DNA from: Candidatus Thalassarchaeaceae archaeon
GTDB taxonomy: Archaea; Thermoplasmatota; Poseidoniia; Poseidoniales; Thalassarchaeaceae
NCBI GenBank assembly: GCA_045568235.1
Contig: JBJLBJ010000021.1
Coordinates: 66,386-130,385 of the forward strand
Length of the DNA: 64,000 nucleotides
Direction of reading: 5' to 3'
The position numbers and the translations under genes are program-made. Shown here one piece after another: positions 1 through 8,159 of this stretch (position 1 is the stretch's first letter; each line of letters opens with the position of its first letter). Below the pieces are notes generated by a model. It did no database searches. It had not been told where the DNA came from and saw only the letters and a program-made list of their open reading frames with translations.

Positions 1-903
1 ATGATGGGAGTAGAATTAGTAGCTCACATGGGCCATAGTCAAATGAACATAGACTCAGGTATGCCTACTCATTTCATTCCTGTTACTTATGATGGCGATC
101 CCGATATAGAACCAATAATAGAAATTTTACTGAAACATAAAGCAATGGCGGAGCATAGATTGATTGTAACTGAAAATGATATAAATCCAGTAATTACCGA
201 GAATGAAGGAAAGGCTCGCTTTCTTGATGCAGTGGGAAGAATTACTCCTTTGGAAGGGAATAAACTTGGCTTAGTTGGCTCGATACAACATCTCCACCTA
301 CTAGAAGAATATAAAGAAAAGATAGAAAAAATTGGTTTTGAAGTTATAATCCCTGTTGGAGGAGAAAGGCTGACTTTTCCTGGTCAAGTTTTAGGGTGTA
401 ATTATTCTGGAGATAGGGACGATATTGGGCATTACCTATTCTTGGGATCTGGAGATTTTCATCCAATAGGTTTGGTCATGCATACAGGGAAACCATTGGC
501 ATTACTTGACCCATACAATGGAGAAGCCAGTGAAATGTCTTTAGAAAGAATAGAAAGAATTTTACGGCAAAGATTTGGTTTAATAATGGCGATAGATAAA
601 TCAAATAGTTTTGGTATATTAATTGGGGAAAAGCCTGGTCAGATGAGGAGAAATCTTGCTATTCGCATGAAGAGATTATTAGAAAAACACAACAAAAGAG
701 GTTATCTTCTTGCACTAGATCATGTTAGCCCTGATTTGATTGACTTTTATCCTGTTGATGCATTTGTAAATACTGCATGCCCAAGAATTGCAATAGATGA
801 TTCAGTGAGATATGCTAAGCCATTAATAACTCCTTTTGAATTGGAAGTTGCACTAGGTGAAAAGAAATGGGAAAATGGCTATCAATTCGACGAAATACCA
901 TGA
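1..903 (+). CDS. dph2: Diphthamide synthesis protein Dph2 (2-(3-amino-3-carboxypropyl)histidine synthase), probably 5'-truncated by the window edge
   Basis: 300-aa ORF running from nt 1. The C-terminal 'VDAFVNTACPRIAIDD' Cys motif and overall layout match archaeal Dph2. TGA stop at 901-903. Confidence 0.75.
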   Translation: MMGVELVAHMGHSQMNIDSGMPTHFIPVTYDGDPDIEPIIEILLKHKAMAEHRLIVTENDINPVITENEGKARFLDAVGRITPLEGNKLGLVGSIQHLHLLEEYKEKIEKIGFEVIIPVGGERLTFPGQVLGCNYSGDRDDIGHYLFLGSGDFHPIGLVMHTGKPLALLDPYNGEASEMSLERIERILRQRFGLIMAIDKSNSFGILIGEKPGQMRRNLAIRMKRLLEKHNKRGYLLALDHVSPDLIDFYPVDAFVNTACPRIAIDDSVRYAKPLITPFELEVALGEKKWENGYQFDEIP

Positions 904-945
904 TTATATGTACATAGAAGTAGAGTCATAAAACATATAACAAAA

Positions 946-1242
946 TTATTCTTCTTCGTCATCATCGTCAGCGAGTAGTGATTCCCAATCTAATTCGTCT
1001 TCTGCAGACAAATACCAAAGAGCACCCATTACTGCTGCCAAAAGGAATCCAACAATATCTTGAGTACTAAACCCTGTATCTGCCCTAAATGCTTCATATT
1101 CTGTTGAAGTTATGAGATCTATCAAAAATAATTTTTGTCCATCGAATACTATACCAGTCATATTTACTAATTCAAATATTACTAAAATTACTGTTGAAAT
1201 TAACAATATCTGTCTAACGTTGTCGGGTAGTTCCAAATCCAT
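946..1242 (-). CDS. Small two-TM membrane protein with acidic tail (DDDDEEE); paralog of the N-terminus of the next gene
   Basis: 'ILLISTVILVIFELVNMTG..GQKLFLIDLIT..STQDIVGFLLAAVMGAL' aligns with 'ILSIIILLSLISLEIVNILN..GEKLFLRELLT..SSQDVIVLIIIVILAL' of ORF 1312..2415. Confidence 0.5.
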   Translation of the reverse strand: MDLELPDNVRQILLISTVILVIFELVNMTGIVFDGQKLFLIDLITSTEYEAFRADTGFSTQDIVGFLLAAVMGALWYLSAEDELDWESLLADDDDEEE

Positions 1243-1311
1243 ATCAATATCGAGCCAAAGGTCTTATATTAACTATGCCACTAAAAATACGAAAGATACT
1301 GAATTATTTGA

Positions 1312-2415
1312 TTATTTATCATTTTCTAGGATTTTTTTGGCCATGTCCGACCAAGAGTCTAATTTCTTTGAATTAATGATATCCATAATTTCTGAATCAT
1401 TCATTTTAGAAACTTGTTCTATTGTAGATATTCCTTTCATATTGAGTCTTTTTGCGCTAACTTTGCCAATCCCTGGAATAAGAGTTAGATCCTCATTATC
1501 AAAAGCAGTTGGAGTTTCGGAGTCTGCAGAAGTAGCATCTGAACCTGCACTGAAATTTAAAATTCCATCATCCAATAAATCTGCCAATATATCTTCCATC
1601 TTTCTTCCTGTTTTCTCAGCTATTAATTTAGAATCTAGCCTGTCAGCGTGTTCTTTCGCAATCTTACTCTTGTCAGATTCGCCCATTAGATCCAATACTT
1701 GGGATAAACCTCTCCAATATTCGGAGACATCCCCATTGTTAATAGTAGCCTTCTTCCAAACATCCAAAGCGCCTACGAGATTTCCTTGGGCCATTAATCT
1801 GTTTGCCCTAGTAGAGATATCTTCGGACTCTGAAGCCTGTTCTAGAAGAGAATCTAATTCTATATCTTCAGATTTTGGTGTAGTAGAGGTTTGTTCGGGT
1901 TCTTCCTCGGGTTCTTCCTCAGGTTCTTCCTCAGGTTCTTCCTCAGGTTCTTCCTCAGGTTCTTCGTCATCGAAGTCATCGAAGTCATCGAAGTCATCGA
2001 AGTCAAGTTCTTCTTCGACTTCTGCAGTTTTTTTCTCTGCTTCAGCAACTTTCTTTTCAGCTTTAGCAACTTTCTTTTCAGCTTTAGCAACTTTCTTTTC
2101 AGCTTCTGCCGCCTTTTTCTCAGCGACCTTTGCTTTCTGTACTAATTTAACTGCCACTTGCTCAGGGATAACTGTAGTCTTAACTCTTCCAGAAAGAAAT
2201 AGTTGGAGTGCTAAAATAACTATTATTATGAGAACTATAACATCTTGGGAGCTTATATCAGGTCCGGGACGTAAATAGTCTCCTCCAGTCAATAATTCCC
2301 TCAAAAACAATTTTTCACCCAATAAATTGAGGATATTTACGATCTCTAAAGAAATCAATGATAAAAGGATGATTATAGATAGAATTTGTATCGTATTACT
2401 TTTCTTAGTTGACAT
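1312..2415 (-). CDS. Membrane-anchored repeat protein: N-terminal TM hairpin, (AEKKVAK)n, (FDD)n and (EEPE)n repeats, a TPR-like helical segment and a C-terminal helix-hairpin-helix
   Basis: The maximal ORF extends to 2469, but Met at 2415 (MSTKKSN..) lies just before the TM hairpin. C-terminal 'LTLIPGIGKVSAKRLNMKGISTIEQV' is a classic HhH motif. Confidence 0.6.
   Translation of the reverse strand: MSTKKSNTIQILSIIILLSLISLEIVNILNLLGEKLFLRELLTGGDYLRPGPDISSQDVIVLIIIVILALQLFLSGRVKTTVIPEQVAVKLVQKAKVAEKKAAEAEKKVAKAEKKVAKAEKKVAEAEKKTAEVEEELDFDDFDDFDDFDDEEPEEEPEEEPEEEPEEEPEEEPEQTSTTPKSEDIELDSLLEQASESEDISTRANRLMAQGNLVGALDVWKKATINNGDVSEYWRGLSQVLDLMGESDKSKIAKEHADRLDSKLIAEKTGRKMEDILADLLDDGILNFSAGSDATSADSETPTAFDNEDLTLIPGIGKVSAKRLNMKGISTIEQVSKMNDSEIMDIINSKKLDSWSDMAKKILENDK
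1897..2106. repeat. Composite in-frame tandem repeats: 12-bp unit x6 (1897-1968), 9-bp unit x~4 (1966-2004), 21-bp unit x3 (2044-2106)
   Basis: Read directly: gggttcttcctc/aggttcttcctc repeats, gtcatcgaa repeats, agcaactttcttttcagcttt repeats. On the minus strand they encode EEPE, FDD and AEKKVAK. Confidence 0.9.
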
Positions 2416-2489
2416 ATTTGGCACACTCAGCATGACATGGAATGAGCATTTATATATTAAATAAACCACTAGAAATAAAGATATTAGGA

Positions 2490-3410
2490 TTAATTCTGAA
2501 GAGATAATGCATAATCTCTACATTCTTTACTTCTACCTATCATCCCTAAATTATCATAATAATCTGCCAATTCTAGCCATTTTGAATAGTTTGAGTTTTC
2601 TTTTCCAATTGCTTCTAGCAAATCATCGAATGAACTTACTGTATCAGCAAGGTTTTCTGAGGTTTTTTGTATTGGATATTTTTTATAGACGGCTTCTAAC
2701 AATTTTTCATATCTGCCTTCGAATTTATCTAGTAATTTTTCTATACCAGCTATCTTTTTATCTGGATCATCTAGATTTTGCCTGTAAGCTTCTTCGATTA
2801 AAACTGAAGCACGTACTCTAGTCAATTCACCTTCTGTTAATTCTATATTAACATTCGAGTCCTCGATTTGGGATTTATCATCAGAATCTTCTTCTTCCCA
2901 ATTCAAAGAATCTTCATCTGATTCTTCCTCAGGCTCTTCCTCCGGTCCTTCCTCGGTTTCTTCCTCCGGTCCTTCCTCGGTTTCTTCCTCAGGCTCTTCC
3001 TCAGGTCCTTCCTCAGGCTCTTCCTCAGGCTCTTCCTCAGGTCCTTCCTCGGTTTCTTCCTCAGGTCCTTCCTCGGTTTCTTCCTCAGGTCCTTCCTCGG
3101 TTTCTTCCTCAGGTCCTTCCTCGGTTTCTTCCTCAGGCTCTTCCTCAGGCTCTTCCTCGGGTTCTTTATACTCTTTTTTGGGCAGACCTTTTTCAACACT
3201 AGCATAATCTGCAAGAGAGTTATCTGAAGGTTTTGTGTCAGGATATTTCTTTTTTAATGAAGCAACCATTTTGTCATATTTACCTTCAAATTTATCCAAA
3301 AGTTTTGGTATATTTGTAATTTTTTTTGCTAATTCAGTACCCTCAAAATTATCTTTATACACATTCTCTAGAATTTCGGCAGTTTCTTCCCGTGTTAAGA
3401 CATCAGCCAT
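2490..3410 (-). CDS. Acidic repeat protein with a duplicated ~45-aa helical module and a long (EEPE/TEEGPEEE)n tract
   Basis: 306-aa ORF. The internal duplication is 'IPKLLDKFEGKYDKMVASLKKKYP' versus 'IEKLLDKFEGRYEKLLEAVYKKYP'. No TM segment seen. Confidence 0.55.
   Translation of the reverse strand: MADVLTREETAEILENVYKDNFEGTELAKKITNIPKLLDKFEGKYDKMVASLKKKYPDTKPSDNSLADYASVEKGLPKKEYKEPEEEPEEEPEEETEEGPEEETEEGPEEETEEGPEEETEEGPEEEPEEEPEEGPEEEPEEETEEGPEEETEEGPEEEPEEESDEDSLNWEEEDSDDKSQIEDSNVNIELTEGELTRVRASVLIEEAYRQNLDDPDKKIAGIEKLLDKFEGRYEKLLEAVYKKYPIQKTSENLADTVSSFDDLLEAIGKENSNYSKWLELADYYDNLGMIGRSKECRDYALSLQN
2920..3165. repeat. About 20 copies of a 12-bp unit (aggctcttcctc / aggtccttcctc / ggtttcttcctc), higher-order 24-bp period
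   Basis: Read directly from the sequence. Same unit family as the 12-bp repeat at 1897-1968 in the neighbouring gene. Confidence 0.9.
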
Positions 3411-3451
3411 AAATATAGAACTCCCATAATTGTCTAATTGGATTTTGGTTA

Positions 3452-4405
3452 TTATTCTTCTTCTTCAATTCCTGCATTGAAATTACCTATGTCCGATAAA
3501 GAATCAGAAAGGCCCATCCATTTCTCTGCTTCTTTTCCTTTTTCTGCCGTAAGCATAGACCAACGATCAAATGATGTTTTAACATCTCCATCTTCTAACG
3601 CAGTTGCTGCAATATTCATTGACGCTGAGGCAGATAGAAGATCTATCAATTCGGAAAATGCCTTGTTCACTAGAGGTAATGATTTATCTGACTTGACCAT
3701 TCCCAATGAAATAGCTTCATCAGTATTCTTCCAAACTCTCTCGATAGAAGTTAAATTATCCTCTCTAATTATTTTTGGGAGAGTTATTTTGAATGCTTTC
3801 CTTAGACAAAAAGATACTAATACTAATGCCAATAATATATCCAAATAATCGAATAAGGACATGTCTGGCAAAGGTTCTATCCAACGAGGATCTTTCCAAG
3901 GAGAGTTGAGTCGCGCCCCATTCGGAAAACTAACAAGGCCAGTTTTTGAATATACTCCTGCCAATTTACCATATTTATTAACGATAAATAGTACTACTCC
4001 AATGAATGAAATGAAAGATAATAGAAACCATCTACCAGAATTAATAGTGATTATCTTAGGTTTTTTTCTTTTATTTGATGACTTAGAAGGTCGGTGTAGC
4101 CAAATCCTAAAAATTACAAATGATAAATACGCACCAATAACATAATCTTGGTCATGAAATTTCAAGTCTGCCCATAAGGAAATTGGAAAATCAGAATACA
4201 TAACAGAGGCCATTTTCCATGAAGTAGGTATGAAAATTAGTTTTTCTTTGCCCTCTAAAATACTAAACTCAGGAAGTATTTGCAAATTATTTACGGCCAG
4301 TATAAATGAATCCATGTAGCCTGTAATATTAATTAATTCAAATAATGCTAAAACTGTTGCAAAGGCGATTGTTCGAGAAGTTGGTTCAGAAAATATGCTT
4401 GCCAA
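3452..4405 (-). CDS. Multi-pass membrane protein, probable third member of the local family, with a helical soluble C-terminus and acidic end
   Basis: The N-terminal 'ATVLALFELINITG' resembles 'VILVIFELVNMTG' of ORF 946..1242. Several hydrophobic segments. C-terminus ends in 'W.GLSDSL..IG' followed by 'IEEEE'. Confidence 0.5.
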   Translation of the reverse strand: MASIFSEPTSRTIAFATVLALFELINITGYMDSFILAVNNLQILPEFSILEGKEKLIFIPTSWKMASVMYSDFPISLWADLKFHDQDYVIGAYLSFVIFRIWLHRPSKSSNKRKKPKIITINSGRWFLLSFISFIGVVLFIVNKYGKLAGVYSKTGLVSFPNGARLNSPWKDPRWIEPLPDMSLFDYLDILLALVLVSFCLRKAFKITLPKIIREDNLTSIERVWKNTDEAISLGMVKSDKSLPLVNKAFSELIDLLSASASMNIAATALEDGDVKTSFDRWSMLTAEKGKEAEKWMGLSDSLSDIGNFNAGIEEEE

Positions 4406-4515
4406 TGCCTCCGCCCTCGTCTATCGGAACACTGTATAGTCTATGAAAACACCGAAAAAAAAGAAACTGACAATAATGTCTGAATAGGACTAATAACGAG
4501 GTTGTAAAGAATAGT

Positions 4516-5694
4516 TTGATGGCGGATTATTTGGATCGTATAGGTGCCGGTAAGATCTTAATAGACAAAGACCCATTTTCATTTGATTGGACGCCTCCAA
4601 GAATAGTTGGTCGAGATAAAGAATTGAATGAAATGGCGATAATATTCCATGGAATAGATGGTCATAATATAAGTTGTAAATCTGTAATTATTGGCCCTGT
4701 TGGCTCAGGCAAAACAGTCCTTGCGAATACATTCAGTAAAAAATTACGTGAAAAGTTAGAAGGTGTCAGAGATATATCTTTAGCACATATTAATTGTAGA
4801 AATTATTCTAGTACTATGCAAGTATTACAAAGAATAGCAACGACATTAGATCCTCGACATCCTGAGAGAGGATTTAGTTCAGGAGAAATAATTCAAACCA
4901 TTAGAAGGAATTTGATAACTCATGGGAAGCATCTATTATTGATACTAGATGAAGTTGATGTATTAGTTCGGAAAGACAGTGCAGACTTAATTTACAGACT
5001 ATTAAGAATTGATGAAGGAAGAGAAGAAAAAGGAACTATCTCCTTGATAATGGTAAGTCAAGAAGGCAATCTTATGAGTAGATTTGAATCTGCAATAATA
5101 TCAAGACTGGGGCTAAGTAATGTACTAAAACTAACACCTTATAATGAAAAACAATTGGTAAACATTGCTCGACAAAGGGCTGAATTGGCATGCCGGAAAG
5201 GATCTATATCTGAAGAAGTTTTAGCAAAAGTAGGAAGATATTCGGCGGTAATTGGAGATGCTCGCTTGAGTATAGAATTATTAGAAGCGGCAATTCGTAG
5301 GGCAGAAGTTGATGGTAGAGATGAGGTATTGATTGAAGATATAGAGCCTAGTGAATTTAGAGTAACATCGATAGAACCTAGTCAAGTAGATATTTTATCA
5401 AGACATCAAAGATTGGTATTACTTGGTATTTGTAGAAGGCTGAAAAAGAAAGATGTGGTGTCAAGTGGTGATGCAAAGAAACTGTATGTATTAGTTTGTG
5501 AAGAATATGGAGTAAAAGCCAAGGGGCATACTACATTTTGGAAGCATCTGAAAACTCTTGAAGTTGAAGGACTAATAGATACAAAAACCGCAAATTCTGT
5601 TAACGGAAGAGGTCGGACGCAACATATTACGATAACAAATGCATCTCCTGGAGAATTAGAAAATAGGATTGAGAAAGTTTTGCTCAGGGAGTAA
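4516..5694 (+). CDS. cdc6: Orc1/Cdc6 replication initiator (AAA+ plus C-terminal winged helix)
   Basis: 'PPRIVGRDKELNEM', Walker A 'GPVGSGKT', Walker B 'LILDEVD', and a C-terminal WH 'NSVNGRGRTQHITI'. ATG at 4519 is the likely start. Confidence 0.9.
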   Translation: MMADYLDRIGAGKILIDKDPFSFDWTPPRIVGRDKELNEMAIIFHGIDGHNISCKSVIIGPVGSGKTVLANTFSKKLREKLEGVRDISLAHINCRNYSSTMQVLQRIATTLDPRHPERGFSSGEIIQTIRRNLITHGKHLLLILDEVDVLVRKDSADLIYRLLRIDEGREEKGTISLIMVSQEGNLMSRFESAIISRLGLSNVLKLTPYNEKQLVNIARQRAELACRKGSISEEVLAKVGRYSAVIGDARLSIELLEAAIRRAEVDGRDEVLIEDIEPSEFRVTSIEPSQVDILSRHQRLVLLGICRRLKKKDVVSSGDAKKLYVLVCEEYGVKAKGHTTFWKHLKTLEVEGLIDTKTANSVNGRGRTQHITITNASPGELENRIEKVLLRE

Positions 5695-5763
5695 ATAGAC
5701 ACCATACTCATCCGAACCGCTCTTATAGGAACCTTATGTCGCAATGGCGTCCGAGGAGTTCTT

Positions 5764-6225
5764 ATGGCAGGCGAGCAGGCATTCAAAGCTATAATTAATG
5801 ATACTAATCCTTCTTTTAATGGTAGGTCTTTTCCAATGGACATATCAGGCTCAAACTATAACCATTTCATTGGGAAAAAAATAGGTGATTCTGTAGATGG
5901 AAGTTTTGTAGGAGAAGGAGACAAAAATTTAACCGGTTATAAACTACAAATAACCGGAGGTTCAGACGTTACAGGAAGGCCTATGCGTCCAGACTTAGAT
6001 GGAGGTGCCATAAAATCCGTATTGGTGACAGCTGGTACTGGCTATAAAGGTAAAAAATATGTAAAGAAAAATGGAAAAGTTTACATTTACAAAAAAGATG
6101 GTTTGAGAAGAAGAAGAAGGATTCGTGGAAATGTCATTAGTCAAGATACTCGTCAAATAAATTTGAAAGTCGTTGAAGTTGGTAAAAGAACTCTAGGGTC
6201 AATATTCGGATTAGAAGAGGAGTGA
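5764..6225 (+). CDS. rps6e: 30S ribosomal protein S6e
   Basis: 'FKAIINDT..GRSF', 'GYKLQITGGSDVTGRPMRPDL', 'GLRRRRRIRGN'. Conserved position upstream of aIF2-gamma. Confidence 0.85.
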   Translation: MAGEQAFKAIINDTNPSFNGRSFPMDISGSNYNHFIGKKIGDSVDGSFVGEGDKNLTGYKLQITGGSDVTGRPMRPDLDGGAIKSVLVTAGTGYKGKKYVKKNGKVYIYKKDGLRRRRRIRGNVISQDTRQINLKVVEVGKRTLGSIFGLEEE

Positions 6226-6287
6226 AATGTCAGGAGTGATGAAAGCTGACAAAATCACATCTCAAACAACCTGAAGTTAATATTGGC

Positions 6288-7487
6288 ATGGTTGGACATG
6301 TTGATCATGGGAAAACAACCTTAACAAAGGCACTATCTGGAACATGGACTGATACTCATTCAGAGGAAATGAAAAGAGGAATAAGTATAAAATTAGGATA
6401 TGCAGATACTGCCTTCTATTCGACTAAGAAAGGCGATTATTATACCAAAGGAAAGCATCCAAATGGTAAAAATGATATTGAAGAAGAGTTCTTAAGAGCG
6501 GTTTCTTTTGTAGATGCCCCAGGCCATGAAACATTGATGGCAGTAATGATTTCTGGGGCTTCAATTATGGATGGTGCTTTACTTTTGGTCTCGGCGACTG
6601 AAGTTTGCCCTCAGCCACAAACTAGAGAACACCTAGCTGCATTGGAGATTGCAGGGATATCTAACATAGTGATTGTACAGAATAAGATAGATATTGTCAC
6701 AAGAGAAAGGGCTATTGAATCACATAACGAAATTAAGAACTTTGTTAAAGGTACTATAGCAGAAAATGCACCCATAATTCCAGTTTCTGCCCATCATGAT
6801 GTGAACTTGGATATGTTGATAAAGGCGATACAAGAAACAATTCCTACACCTGTTCGCTCTGTGGAAGACAAAGGATTGATGTATGTTGCACGTTCTTTTG
6901 ACATAAATAGACCAGGGACTAGGCCAAAAAAGCTCAAAGGAGGAATAATTGGCGGTAGTGTAGTAGAAGGATCTTTTAGTATAGGAGATAAGATATTAAT
7001 TGCTCCTGGAAGGAGAATTAAAGAAGGTAATAAAATCAGATGGGAGCCGCTAAAAACGATTATTGAAAGCGTTAAAGGAGGCGGTTTAGATTTGGAAACT
7101 ATACATGCAGGAGGACTCTGTGGAATTGCAACACCTATGGATCCAGTATCTACCAAGGCCGATGAATTATCAGGACAAGTGATGGCTAGAGAAGGCGAAT
7201 TACCGCCGATATGGAATGAATTGAAAATTGAATTAGAGCTACTTGAATTCATGGTATCGGGATCAGATGAGAAGTCAAACAAAGTACGACCACTGCAGCC
7301 TAATGAGATGTTAATGGTGAATTCAGCAACAGCGACTAGTGTAGGAACAGTATCTGCAATTAAAGGGAAAAAGGCAAGTATTAATCTCAGATTACCAATA
7401 TGTGCTAAGTCAGGAAGTAGGATAACTCTGTCTAGAAGGATTGGGACGCGATGGCGTTTAATTGGCCATGGGTCAATAAAAGGGTGA
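6288..7487 (+). CDS. eif2g: Translation initiation factor aIF2 gamma subunit. The N-terminus probably extends upstream (see finding).
   Basis: 'GMVGHVDHGKTTLTKAL', 'DAPGHE', 'NKID', C-terminal 'GTRWRLIGHG'. The in-frame codons upstream read 'KQPEVNIG', the conserved N-terminal motif. Confidence 0.9.
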   Translation: MVGHVDHGKTTLTKALSGTWTDTHSEEMKRGISIKLGYADTAFYSTKKGDYYTKGKHPNGKNDIEEEFLRAVSFVDAPGHETLMAVMISGASIMDGALLLVSATEVCPQPQTREHLAALEIAGISNIVIVQNKIDIVTRERAIESHNEIKNFVKGTIAENAPIIPVSAHHDVNLDMLIKAIQETIPTPVRSVEDKGLMYVARSFDINRPGTRPKKLKGGIIGGSVVEGSFSIGDKILIAPGRRIKEGNKIRWEPLKTIIESVKGGGLDLETIHAGGLCGIATPMDPVSTKADELSGQVMAREGELPPIWNELKIELELLEFMVSGSDEKSNKVRPLQPNEMLMVNSATATSVGTVSAIKGKKASINLRLPICAKSGSRITLSRRIGTRWRLIGHGSIKG

Positions 7488-7491
7488 TATT

Positions 7492-7857
7492 TTGGTAGGC
7501 GTCCTGGTTGACGCTTGTGGATGGATAGCATTGATAGAGGCTGATTTAAACATAGATAATGCAATGATAGGAATTTTAGGAGAATTTGAATTAAAGGTTA
7601 TTGAAAGTGTTAAGAAAGAGATAGAAAGATTGCCTCTAAAGAAAAGAAAATTATCTTTACAATTACTTGAAAAAAAAGGTGAAATTATTCCAGATATCGA
7701 GAATATGAGCCATACAGATGATATGTTAATTAAAATTTCAACTGAAAATTCTTGGCCAGTATTAACTGTCGATAAAGGATTAAAAGAAAGGCTGGCGAAA
7801 TCAGGAGGGTCTTATATAGAAGTTACTTCAAGAAGAATATTAAGGCTAATTGATTAA
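7492..7857 (+). CDS. PIN-domain protein (the type conserved next to aIF2-gamma in archaea)
   Basis: Acidic PIN residues in 'LVDACGWIAL', 'HTDDMLI' and 'VLTVDKGL'. TTG start as given in the ORF track. Confidence 0.6.
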   Translation: MVGVLVDACGWIALIEADLNIDNAMIGILGEFELKVIESVKKEIERLPLKKRKLSLQLLEKKGEIIPDIENMSHTDDMLIKISTENSWPVLTVDKGLKERLAKSGGSYIEVTSRRILRLID

Positions 7858-8159
7858 GGAAGTGTGAATAAAATATCATCATCATGGCCATCTAGAAAAC
7901 CGATTTTTACTGCCGCATCAATCCATGCATGGGCATAATTAATTGCCCCAAATGCATCTATTAGATTCCCAGAGTCAAGGAAATGGCGTGCATCAGAAGT
8001 GTAATCATCACACATTCTTAGCATGATAGAAAGTTTCTTTTCTTCATCTTTATTTACAGTAATTGGTGTTGCCTTTGTCCTAGCTTTTGATGTAATCAAT
8101 AAATATCTTTCAATTTTTTCAACAGTTAATAAAGCATTTTCCATATAATACACCGTCAA
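7854..8159 (-). CDS. Small helical protein, DUF357-like
   Basis: 101 aa. 'AINYAHAWIDAAVKIGFLD' resembles the DUF357 signature as I remember it. Overlaps both neighbours by 4 nt. Confidence 0.4.
   Translation of the reverse strand: MTVYYMENALLTVEKIERYLLITSKARTKATPITVNKDEEKKLSIMLRMCDDYTSDARHFLDSGNLIDAFGAINYAHAWIDAAVKIGFLDGHDDDILFTLP

Noticed and set aside
1112-2278. Long + strand ORF (388 aa, Ser-rich) and the short ORFs 1860..2090 and 1891..2145, which overlap the repeat gene on either strand
   Set aside because: They are alternate-frame or antisense readings of the acidic/lysine tandem repeats. The minus-strand ORF has a TM hairpin, a paralog next door and an HhH motif, so it is the real gene.
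2903-3214. 103-aa highly basic 'RKK/LRK' repeat ORF
   Set aside because: It is an alternative frame of the (EEPE)n microsatellite within the 2490..3410 gene, so it is a repeat-driven artefact.
4406-4515. Replication origin immediately upstream of cdc6
   Set aside because: The 110-bp spacer shows no repeated ORB-like motif, inverted repeats or extended AT-rich unwinding element that I can see. The repeat array at 10.1-10.3 kb is the better, still unproven, candidate.
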